Shown: piece by piece, positions 49,901 through 61,200 of the stretch | Layout: every line of letters begins with the position of its first letter | How positions within the stretch are numbered: the first letter of the stretch is position 1 | Origin: Camelus ferus | Lineage: Eukaryota | Assembly (NCBI RefSeq): GCF_009834535.1 | Contig: NC_045697.1 | Location: 10,728,001 to 10,792,000, forward strand | Direction of reading: 5' to 3' | DNA length: 64,000 nucleotides | The notes under the pieces: generated by a model | What the model was told of the DNA's origin: nothing | Database searches by the model: none | What the model saw: only the letters and a program-made list of their open reading frames with translations | Program-made: the position numbers and the translations under genes

Positions 49901-51059
49901 ACCTGCCCGCACTGCCCGGAGCTACGCTACGCCTGCTTCTCGTCTGGTTTTCTTCTGTACCTCTGCATCCTGGGGCACCGCACATCACACGCGCTCAACA
50001 AAGGCTTGCCAAGAGAACGGATGGATCAGGAAAGAGGCAGGAAAATCACAGAGGAGGGTGTGGCGGAGATAGGAGCAGAATCAGAAATCAGAAGTGGCAA
50101 AAGCAGAACGTAGTGGATCCTCGAGAAGAGGGCTCGTGGCTGAGACAGACTTGTTCTGAGATGGGGAGGAATCAGCAGGGCAGGAGCGCAGAGCTCCGGG
50201 TGTCTCACTGGATAAACGCAGCAGCCGCTGGAGATAAGGAGCCTCCTCTCAGTGTGTGTCCAAACGACTGCAAAGGTCACCCATCAGTGGACAGGGTGCC
50301 GCGATGCAGTCACAGCCAGTGGGGGCGGGGCTCACTAGTACCTCAGTGTGTGAAGGAGACAAACAGCTTATAGCACAATTTTAAATTTTAAAAAGCAAAT
50401 TAAACCAAAAGGTGGAGATAGCTGTACCCCTGTTTGTTTAGAAAATCATCCTCCACAGAAATGCCTCCCCAGTGACAGCAGAGGACTGGGCTTTTACCAT
50501 AACAAGGGTTTGCTCTGGGCCACAAGAGCAGGGACCAGCGATCAGAGGAGGGGCCCCAGGCCTGTGACTCAGTCTCTCAGAAGAGAAAACCGTGGCACCT
50601 GTCACCTGCTCATCTTCCACAAACCACGTGTGAGGGACCGGGGGAGGGTTTGTATGAGGACACGAGACTGCGAAGCACAACACCATGTCCTGAACCACTT
50701 ACTGTTAACGCCACATGAGCTACAGTGGTGACCACCGATGACTGGTGGTCACCTAGTGCTTATTGATGCTATTTCTGCAGCCCTGTTTCCATAGAGAAAA
50801 GGCAACATGTCAAATAAGCATATTTAACAAACTACATAACCTGAGTAAGTCATTTTCTATAAACTAGTTACACAAAATAAACCTATGAGAGTCTTACTGT
50901 ACTGTAAATATGAAACACTGTTGTATCAGGATCCTACCTCTAGAAATGCAGTACATCTAGTTATAAACATCAGTTTAGATTCTCCAATGGAGAAGTTAAA
51001 ACACTTTTAAAAAATCAAATGATAAAACATATTTCGAGTGCACAGCTCTCATAACTAGG

Positions 51060-51200
51060 ACATAGGTTCTGTCATTATGCCCATTCTATGGATGAAGAAA
51101 CCAAGGCACAGAGAAGTTAAGGAGGCCTCCAAGGTCACAGAGGAAGCAAATGGTAGAGCCAGCCTTCAAAATCAAGCAGTCTATCCCTAACTCGTGTGCC
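51060..51200 (-). mobile_element. MIR SINE fragment
   Basis: CCCATTCTATGGATGAAGAAACCAAGGCACAGAGAAGTTAAG..CCAAGGTCACAG. Confidence 0.7.
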
Positions 51201-51659
51201 TGCTGGCACTAGAATGCTGTGCTTATCACTGCCTCACACAGCCCACACTGTGCTCTGGGAAACCGGGACCCCATCGTCCTGTTCCTGTGCCCCCACAGCA
51301 CCCTGAACCCTGATTTACTTCTCCGAAGTTACACTGGTAACGAGTCAGGGTTCCCTCACCAGACCATGAGCTTTTCAAAAGCAAGCACCATGTGCCCTGA
51401 CCTCCCGTGTCCAGGCCCCAGAGAGCTCTGAATGTAAGGCTAGTGTCTGCCATGAGCAACGCCACACCAATGGGCTGGGAATGATTTCAAAAGACACATT
51501 AAAGCAATACTGACAAAAACCCCAAGCTGTATAGGGTGAAATATTTCCAGAGCCTTATCTTACCGCCCCCGCCCCTGCTCCCGGAGACCCAGCCCTGCTT
51601 GAGGGTGGGGGAGTCTCCCTCTTTACGTCGTCCTGAGGGAGCTGGCAAAGGTCCTGCAC

Positions 51660-51850
51660 ACACGACTTCATGAAACCCTCACAACAGTTCTGAGAGCAAA
51701 AGAGAGCAGTTAACGGCATTCACATTTTGCAAACGAAGGATATGGAGCTCACAGAGGTTGGGAGACTTGTCTGAAGTCACTGAAAAGCTAAGGGGCAAAC
51801 TGGGATTAGCACCTAGAGCTCTGCACTCTGAACCCAGTGTGCTCTCTACC
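51660..51850 (-). mobile_element. MIR SINE fragment
   Basis: CCTCACAACAG..CATTTTGCAAACGAAGG..GCTCACAGAGGTT..ACTTGTCTGAAGTCAC. Confidence 0.6.
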
Positions 51851-54800
51851 CGGACCACAATTACCACCTGTCTATCTGACAGTCATATGAGAGAAGATGA
51901 CCTGGCCCTGACCTGGTTGCAACCTGTCAGAAAGAGCCTTCTGAGTCACACTGGAGAAGAGGAGTCTGCTGCCCTGCGGCCGGAGCCTCCAAGACAGCCT
52001 TCTGCCGTGTCTGGTCCGCCCCCATCTTTTCCCGGCACAGATATATTTTGCAGGATGCTACTCAGTCTTCTGTTCGGAAGTGTAGGTGTGTTTCAGGGTT
52101 TCTGTCTGCTGTTGCTGTCTTAAACATTGTTCTCTAGCATTCCACAGTCTCACCTGAACTCACCTGTCCTGTGATACTGGGGACAGCACCTGGCTAATTA
52201 TTTAGGAAGGCTACTGTTCTTTGACCCCTCTCTTCAAGAATTCTGCTAGCTAGGTGTACCTTAACTTTTTCCATACCGTGGTGGTATTTCATTCCTTCTT
52301 GGCAAGAATCACTTTCATTTGTTACGCTAAACATGTGTCTTTATAGTCTAAGAGCAAATTATATTCTAAAATAAAGTAACTGACATGTTTGCTTTCTGAA
52401 CTTTTCAGATGTCAACCAATTTTAGTTAATTTCTCCAGTTCTCACCAAGAAGGAATATCATTCAGTGAAAGTCTTTTAAAAAATAGCAGCATTTTACTAT
52501 TTAATTGTAATATAAATAAGAGCTTCTACATTTGAATAAGTAAGTCTTACCAACTGTAAATACTTGACACTAGGAAAACAGTACCAATAATAATAAATCC
52601 AAGTCAATTCCTCCAGAGAATTTTTAACCAATATTCATCTACCACAGAATTGCCCTGTGATCTAGTATCTTACATTGAGGCAAAGTACAGTATAAATGGT
52701 TTCTTTCTCATCCCTAAACAAAGAAATAGTATGTTTTAATTATCTTCTGAGAGAGTTTTAGAAATAGGAACCCAGGATAAAAAAGTATTAATTCAAAGTA
52801 ATGAGGAATCATAAATACATTTACATGTTGGGTAATATGCCCAAATATATCTTTCTTAAAATAGCACTGACCATTAAAAAAATTGGAAAGTAATACTGGT
52901 TAAGTGTTAGGAAAATACTATGAAATATGCAAATCTCCACAGTCCTAAACAATGTCAAACTTTAATAAGCTTTACTAAGGCTACACTACAAGATTAACTG
53001 TAAATTTATTACACAAGTACAAAGGCTCACCCTTGCACAAGGCCAACGAGGAATCAATACAACACCAATTCTGCTTCCCTAAGTCAAATATAGTAAAGGT
53101 ACCATTCAAGCTTTTAAGGCCTTCAAATTGTTTATAGTCTCATCGAGGGACGTAAAGAACAGGCAGAATATTTATAAACTTATAGATCAAAAACAGATTC
53201 AAAAAGAGCAGTGATTCTTTCCCAAAGTCACAAGGTTACAAAGTAAAGGACTAAACATGGGAGCAGAGCACCATTTATGTGCCAGTGAATGCTACACAGC
53301 CTTTCCAAAGACCTCATGTATTCAACTGTTCCCCAAAGTGGGCCACAAATGAGCTGCGAGCACTGAATTCTGGAGGGTGAACTTGGTTGATGTTAAACAT
53401 TTTTAAAAAGCCAAGGTACTGAACCGGTCAAAGATCAAAATAAGTACCTTCTCACCGCTTGTTTAATTTACAAGTATTAAAGTAAAGCAAGTGAGAATTT
53501 TAAAAACAGAGCAGTAGTTGGTCCGAAGAAGCTAATTTTACATTACCTGTATCGGGGTTAGGGTTACTTCAGGTAATTTCCCAGCCAGCTTTACAGTTAT
53601 TCTTATTTTCCTTTGCAAATGAGAAACTGACTGACTCTACAGCTTCGTTTTCAGAATCACAGCCTTTAATCATGCCTCAGGAGAAGTCTGGGAAGCCACA
53701 GGAGTAACTATGTAACACTCTGTGGAGGATGAAGATGGGTTCAACGTAAACGTATTTTAATAAAAGTATGTTATTTGTAAGAAGAACTTAAAATTTCAAT
53801 TACACAAATAATAGGACACAGGGAATGTGAACAGCAAAAACCCCTGTCCCACTGGAAACCTTTTGTGGGAACCACTAAAAAGGAGACCGGCTGGCTTTTC
53901 TGGGGTTTAGTCTTTCTTCCCGCCTCAGTTCATTTTATGGGGGTAGGGCAAGAGTCCTGAAATGGGTAAATAAAGACAAGAGAGACAAATAAAAGGCTCA
54001 AGCTCTAGAAGTGAAGAGTCACCACTTAAAAGGGAAAACAATGGGCCGCAGGGCACGAGAACAGTCAGACACAACACTGCTCGCTCACTGCTTCCTTCAG
54101 GCTCTTTGTTTTACAAGCGACCCGCAGCCCAGTGCGCACTCCGGCACCTGCACTGCACAGGTGCTGTCCTCCTCCCCGGGCGGTGTTTCACTTCTTTCAC
54201 ACCAGACTCCTCTACCGTGAAGTCTCCATGATCACTGGACCCCACTGAGACACTGCAGATACTAAGCCATTTAACAGTGACGTTATGAAACAGAGCCGAG
54301 TGGATTAGGCAAGCATGGAGTACAAAGCAACCAAATCAAGCCAAGGACAGATTGCCCAACTCAGTCCAAAGTTGACTTGTTGGACCTGGATTCCTAAATG
54401 GGAATACGGCTAGAAGGAAAATCTCCCCTTCAGAACTTTTATAGACGAGTGAGGTGGGGGACAAGCACAGAGACGTTGTAACATGTGCTTATTATGTGCT
54501 CTTATGTCAGAAAGGTCAAGAGAAGTTGGTTGTTTTTTGAAGAGTAGGAAAAAAAGAAGACAGAAGAGATGAATCTGCACTTTTCAATGACTACCATACC
54601 CAGAGTCCAAGACAGGTGAGCAGCTAAGGCAGTGGTCGAATGCACAATGGCCATCTTGAGAGAGAGAATGAAGACAGGAGTGACGAGTGGGATACCCATC
54701 TCTAACTAGGTTAAGGTTTAAGCACCAGCACCCTGGAAAAGTCTCAGCCCACTGCCAGGCTACATATAAGTAAAAGATGGAGTTCAGAGACCAATGTGAT

Positions 54801-57455
54801 CATAAGAGTTTGAAAAGAGAAACAAAAAGAACACTCACACTTGATGCAGACACGTGTATATGGTATATGTAACTGTATATACACAAACTAATGTTCATCT
54901 ATATTCCATAAACCTATAAAAGAACAAGGACAGGTATAAAATATGGGAACCTCAAACACTGTGTTATTTTACTTGGATTGGGAGGGTTTGGCTAATCATC
55001 TAATCTGTATATTCATTTGTGGGATCCTAGGTGGTTAGGACAGGTCAACAAATGTCTAATTCATAAGAGCCCTAAATTCCTTGGGAGAAATAATAAAGGG
55101 GATTTTGGAACTAACTGACGGTTAAGGCTACCAAGACATTAAGATTATGACTTTCAAAAGGAAAGACAAAGGTTGCCCTAAATTGGAGGTGTGCAGGTTT
55201 GGGGGTGTGTGTAGAGAGGACTAGAGGCAGCACCAGAATACAAAAAAATGTACAAGTAACAAGTGCAAGCACCTTGGCTTGGAAGATGTTTGATTCAGGA
55301 AGAAATGCTCCTCACATGACACTAGGTGGTGCCACTCTAAGGCCCTCTGGCCCAGGCCAGCCCCTGGGGAAGAGCTTTCTACATTCTGGACAGGAGAGGA
55401 AAGGAAGGTTACAGAGCAGCGGAAGGGAGCAATGCTGGATAGTAAGGATGAACACAGAAGCCACTTAGCAGCCAAGGGCATTTAACAATGGCTGAAAGAA
55501 TTCTAATCTCTAGCGAGGATGCCCTGACCAGTGCTGCATCAGAGTTAGAGAGCCCTCACCAGCAGTAGCAAGAGCTGTGTGACCAGCAGAGAAGGGACAG
55601 ATACCCGGGGGAAGGCTGGGAAGCCCAGATGGAACAACATCGACTGGCAACTCCAGCTGAAATACTCCTGGGATTCTCACCTACACCCTAATCCCCAAGA
55701 GGTGCCACTGACATCTCTCCTCACGCGTAATGGATGGAACTAGGGGAACAGTAAGGACTACCCCAACAACTAAAGCTGGAAGTGTGCCCTGACAACGACT
55801 TTCTGTAGCTATGGGTTAAAAGTCCAGCTTCAAATAAGTTAAGTAAACCTTGCTCAGTAGCCCATGATGAAGAATGCATGTGCAGCATGAAGTCTAGAGA
55901 AGTCCACGATACCAGGTATCCAGACCCATGCTGGGAAGGGCCAGGAAGGGGTGTTAAGGATTTATCCAGGAGCCTAATATCTGCTTCTGGCAAGATTCCT
56001 GACAACTTCATTTTCTGTGCATGCAACCAACCAAAAAAGGCTTTAATGAAGGTGGCTTTCCTAAAACTCAGAAATATTTCAAAGATATTGGAGTGACATT
56101 TGGCCACATTTGTTTCTATTAGCACCACAGTGCTTTTAATTTTTAAGTCTATGTAAGTAAACAGACAGTTGAGAGACTTAATACCCTAACTTAGATCCTG
56201 CCAATTCAGAAAGTATATACTCTCACAAGCGTTTAACTGACAACTTAATCAAAATAGAGTTGAGAATTTTTAAATGGTTCAATGAAAAGCACAGTCTGTA
56301 CTTAATTTTTCAAAGATAAGGACCTCTTCAAAATCTAACCAACGTCTAATTCTGAAAATTAGCAAATCATTCAGGATCTCACCTGACTGGCCTTAAGGCA
56401 TTTAATGACTCTTACATCCTCAATACCAAGGTACAATCAATGATGCAGTAAGCCTCACGACTTAAACATTTATTCTGACGAACTGGAGGAAGTAACAGCT
56501 AATGCAGCTCCTACTGTGTACCAGAAGCAATTTTTTAGCTGGAAGAAATTTAATGGAATTGCGGTTCAGCTGCTGTCCGAAACTTAGAATTATGCAAGAA
56601 TTAAAATGCTGTGATCACTTTGTAGTCAATCTGAAACATGCATCTCAAAGTCTTCCTTATTCTTAAGCCCAATACACAACTGCAGTATGCGTACAAATGC
56701 AAGTTTTAAGAAATCCTCTAACAACAAAGATAAAATTCCTATAGCTTTAAGAAATAATATTATAATAACATGCTTAAAACCGGTCACTGAAAGTAGGAGT
56801 CACAAGTGTATCTTTTTTAATGCAGTTTTCTTCTTCTTTTTTTTTCTTAAGTGGCCTAAGTTTCGGTTTAGGAAAAGTTCACTGGTAACATTAGGAGAAG
56901 TGCTAAGTATTTCTGTTCTGGGCAAAAGAACTGAACTTCACGGTCATTATTACCATTGTCAGCTGCGGCAGAGGAACACGTATTTGGAGGGCAGGTTAAC
57001 AGGTTTCTATGGCTCAAGTTCGCTTAAAATACAGAACAAAAGTCACCTTGGCAAGAACATAATGAAGAGATCAGCCTCGCGCTTCCCTGAGACGTGGGAG
57101 ATGCTAGCCAGCATGATCGAGGCTCGAGAATACCCCAGCCTTTTCGTTTTTTTAAAGATCTTTCAGAAGCAGTAAAGTGACCTGGGACGGAACTTCCCGG
57201 CCGCAGCCCTGCCGCTCGGACGCACCTGGCCGGGCGCCTGCCGCGGGGGCCTCGGTGCCGCGCGGACCCGCCCGCGGAGCTGTCAGTGGCAGCCGAGCCC
57301 TGGGAGCCGCGGCGGCTCCGCGCGCCCACAGCCAGGGCGGCCCCGGAGGCAGCGGCGGCCGCGGGGTTCGCGGCCGGGAGTCCCACGGCGCCCCCCCCGC
57401 CGCCCTCGGCGCCCTCTCCGCGGCCTAGCGCCGCCCGTTCGGCCGCCCGCCTCAC

Positions 57456-57666
57456 CTGCGCGGCTGCGGCGCCGCTCCCGCCGCCGGTCGCTCTCGTAGA
57501 AGCCCAGCGTCTCCGTGTGCTGAGGCGCCGGCGGGGGCCCGTGACCGCCGCCGCCGCCGCCGCCGCCGCCCGGCTGCTCCGCCTCGCCGCGGCCGTCCCG
57601 CTCCGGGCCGTCCGCGCCGACACCGCCGCCTCCTCCCGGGGCGGCCGCGTCGCCGACGCCCGCCAT
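57456..57666 (-). CDS. TAPT1: TAPT1 coding exon 1 (MAGVGDAAAP...RRRSRA+G)
   Basis: ATG in context AAC-ATG-G; donor CAG|GTGAGG; 211 nt, phase 1. Confidence 0.93.
57545..57569 (-). repeat. Coding (GGC)n repeat encoding a poly-Gly tract in exon 1
   Basis: ccgccgccgccgccgccgccgcc on +; translates as QPGGGGGGGGGHG. Confidence 0.92.
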
Positions 57667-57899
57667 GTTCCGAGCACAACAAACCGTCCCCACGGCCTCC
57701 CTCCAGGCTCCCGCCCGGCCTCCGCCTCCGGCCGGCCCCCTTCCCGCCTCGCCCCGCCCCTCGCCGGAGCCCGGGCCGCCGCCGCCGCCGCCATCCGCGG
57801 CCCGCCGGCCGGCGCGCGCCATTGGCGTCAGCGGCGTGTGCGAGGCCGCCGCACCCGCCGCCGCCGCCGCCGCCGCCACGGCCGCCGCCATCTTCTTCC

Positions 57900-58224
57900 T
57901 GCCGTCGCCGTGGCGTGCGCTGGCTTCCCGCACCACCGCGGGCTCTGCCGTTCGGGACCCCGTGCCCGGCTCCATGCCGCCGGGCCGCGCGGCCGGGGAG
58001 AGAGAGCGCCTCCGGGGTTCGGGTCGGGGGCCCGGCGGGAACGGGCCGAGCGCGGCGGCGGGCGGAGGGTCGGCCGAGGAGCCCCGGGGCGGCGGCCGCT
58101 GCGCCCGCTGCCCGCCGTCTGCGAGGTGGCCGGCCGCTCGCTCCGCGCCCCTTTTGCAGGCTCCGTGCCCGGAGTGCGCCGGCGCCGCCCGCCCGGTCTT
58201 GGCACCGCTCGCGCGGCCGCGGCG
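57900..58224 (+). ncRNA. Putative first exon of a divergent lncRNA (TAPT1-AS1-like); start approximate
   Basis: Human TAPT1 is head-to-head with TAPT1-AS1. Here a + strand donor GCG|GTGAGG at 58225 lies at the edge of the densest part of the island. No transcript evidence available. Confidence 0.35.
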
Positions 58225-61200
58225 GTGAGGGCCCGTCTCCAGCTCCCCGACCCCCGTGAGGCCCGGCCCCATAGGTCCGCTATTTGGGTCCCAGCTCTTC
58301 TGCATAGTTCTGGTCGCCCTTCACATTCCCTGGCCTCTGGGTTTCCGTTGACAGTTTCCAAAGCACTTGGGCAAGAAGGAGCCCAGGGATGCTGTCCAAC
58401 AGGTGGGGGTGCGACGGGCTCAGGGACTCAGCCTGAGGAGCAGGATGCTTTATACGTTTTCCGCGCCCGCGGACACACTAGACTGGCCTTCGGCATTAGG
58501 GTTAGGATACGGCTCTTGGCCGCCGCGGTGCCCTTGCTCCATCACCTGTGCGGCCTCTTTACTTGGGGTGACCGTCCTTTGCAGCTCTGGCATGTGATTC
58601 CGCACCGAGAGCGGTGTCGAGACCACTGACCACCGCCGCAGCAGGGCTCGGGGACGGGGCCGGGCGCTCCGATTAGTGGGACGGCGGCAGGTCGATTTCT
58701 CGTATGCCAGCTTCACCTGTGCCTCTGATACTCTCTTGATTAGCAAAAAGCAAACTGTAATTCTTCCCTTAACGTTAAGCTATCTGGAAATTCCCCTAGA
58801 CCTAAACTTGAGACCCATATGTAAATGGGTGTAACTAGAGCAAAATAAACCTCGTGTTAATTCATCAGAGGCCTTGAGAGCTCTGTTGTCACTAGCGAGT
58901 ACCTACCTGGTTGCAAACTCGGAGTGGGCTGTTTTTGGTACCATGCTGAGGGCAGCCGCCTAACAGTGTAACAGCAGGGCAGAGGCGGGGGTGAGGGACC
59001 AAGATGGACCAAAAAAGGCCCTGTCGCTGGGAACTCACCCTTGGCCGCCTGGTGAAAGGAGGAACTAATGCCTTTGAAACATCCTTATCCTCCTTCATAC
59101 AACAGCGGTTTACAGGATTACATTTATAAACATTCCTGTGACCATGAGATTCTCTGTTTTGGTTATATTTGGACAAAGCTGAGTCTTAATGAGTCAGTCA
59201 AAAACAAATGCTCTGGTCAAATCTTCAGAATCATTTTGAAAATCAAAAGGTACTGAAAATTTTATGACCTCTAAGCTTCCTTACAGCTTAAATTCTATTA
59301 TTCTCTGATCTTTTGTAGTGTAAAACCAGCCCATTTCATTATTTACTGATTGTCAAGGAGGAAGTAAGCTTTTATTGCTTGTTTATGTCAGTTCCCAATT
59401 ACTGTCTCACCACATTTATTGGCTTATGGCCCCTGCTTTTAACTCAACAGGAGCTGGAAGGGACAGAATCTGAAATTCTGTTTCCTAAGGTAGCCAGTTG
59501 TGGGAGTGGATTTCTCTCATTTTCTGTATGGGCCTGCGGAAGAACATGGTGTTCCAAAGGCAGTGTGTATGCTTTAAAATAGTCAGCAAAGAGAGGGAGG
59601 GAGCAGTGTTTCCAGGCCAGGAGTGAAGGTGTTAACAGCAGTGGAGCAAAGCAGAAATGGGAAAGCTGAATGTCGTAGTTTTTCATCAATTGGGTCTTTT
59701 CACTGGAGCTGCATTATTTTACCTGATACTTTGTGAAACTGCACAATTTCAAACAAACTTGTAATGAAGTCAACATACTAAAAAGCATATTTGAAGCAAA
59801 CATTAATTGAAATAATTTTTTCAATTAACGCTATTCTTCCCTTACCTAGGTGTTATAATTAGATTCAATCATCTTATCATATATGAGAAGTTGCTTTCTT
59901 TGAGTTAATTCAACCCATTGCAAATTTTTCAGAATCCAGGAAAGGATATTATCAAATTTGTATTCTAAATTATCAGAATGGTAAATGACAAATTTTAAGA
60001 GATAGTTACAAAGCATAGAAGGACGAACAGTTCCCTAAGAAAAATAAACAACTTAAAATACCATAATGTTCTTTACAACAGTTGTAGAAAGAAAGATAAA
60101 GCTTAGATTTATAATATCACCATTAGGAAATAAGGGAAATAGTTAAAAAAAAAAAAAACATGACAACTCTCACCATTAAAGAGACACCCAAAAGCATTCT
60201 GAGATAAGTTATCAGATAAAAACAGAATTTGGATAACAATAAGCTACAGGAATTGAACTTAAAACAGTAATTCAGGAACAGTGAGATGGAGTGCAGTTAA
60301 CATGCTTCTGTACTAGCTGTTTGTCAAAGTAATCTTCGGTGGGAAATAGTTTCAATAGAGGAAAGTGAAGAGCAAGAATGAGAAGTTAAGAAGAGTCTTA
60401 CATGTAAACAATACAGAAGGACAGAAATTTAGTGAGTTAAGAAAACTTTCTTAAATAAGAAAGGGATTTATACGGCTATGATTATATAAATTCAGTTAAA
60501 AGTTTGTAAAATTGCTACTTGTATTCGTAACTGACTTATTTTTTACATGACGTTAGTAATACCTACCATGTAGCTATTGTGAAAAAAGCAAAACGCAAGA
60601 GATTGTTTTTTAAAAAAAAGAAAATTGGGTGAGTAATGCACAATTTAAAAAAATGAATTGCATAACTTTATATTTTGGTAATTTAGGATTTAATAATTGA
60701 GATCTTGGGATTATACAAAATACAATTAACCGACTGTGTATGAACCATGGATGCAAACTCCAGAAGATGATCTTACGAAGCCTATGCACTCTGGTTGTGT
60801 CTTTCACTGGTAAATGGGGCAATACCTATTCTATAATAGGAGCTAGAAAAATTTTCCATTTTTTTTCCTCCTTAAAGCTAACTTTGGCTATTCCTTTTGT
60901 TTAGACCAAGTAGCTTTTACTTTTCAACTACAAAGCAACTGATCTCTTGATAGCATTTCTAGTATAACGCCCCTAAAATATGTTTGAAATTAGTTCCGTA
61001 TGCATTTCCTGAGTAACAAAAACATCAAGTACTTTGATGACTTGAAAGGACCCTGAATCAGGAGAAGGCCTGGACTCCTTGACTCTCCATCAGGGAGTCT
61101 TTTGACCTCAGGTAACAGTTATGACCTCTCTCTGCTTCATTTTCCCCTCTGTAAGAGTATTACACTAGATTATCCTGATGGCCTCTTCCAAATATTTGTA

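Larger units (their letters stand above)
1..57666 (-). other. TAPT1: TAPT1 gene: ATG to the window edge, which falls in the 3' UTR; 14 coding exons, 593 aa as assembled
   Basis: Spliced translation gives MAGVGDAAAP...TETLGFYESD...ELTRGYFLEHNEAKY...VIKLYIIYNMLEVADRLFSSFGQD...KHAFITKFN...IDRFTICGNRID, recognised as TAPT1 (DUF747/Emp65-like). Exon sizes 211,131,119,163,136,98,70,81,110,60,69,77,161,296 sum to 1782 nt with consistent phases. Confidence 0.98.
57180..58700. promoter_or_regulatory. CpG island / TAPT1 promoter, likely bidirectional; GC box (~57751-57760), CCAAT (~57820-57825), CRE half-site TGACG (~57826-57830), YY1-type GCCGCCATCTT (~57884-57894)
   Basis: Very high GC and CpG density around exon 1; motifs read directly from the sequence. 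Confidence 0.9.

Noticed and set aside
49765..50373. 202-aa + strand ORF
   Set aside because: Starts at a non-ATG codon, is intronic and antisense, overlaps L2-like sequence, and has no recognisable homology
56687..57175. 162-aa + strand ORF in intron 1
   Set aside because: Includes a poly-T-derived F-run, has no recognisable family, and is likely chance
57024..58629. Long ORFs (187-447 aa) on both strands of the CpG island
   Set aside because: Low-complexity Ala/Arg/Pro/Gly translations are expected from stop-poor GC-rich DNA. Only the TAPT1 exon 1 frame is recognisable.
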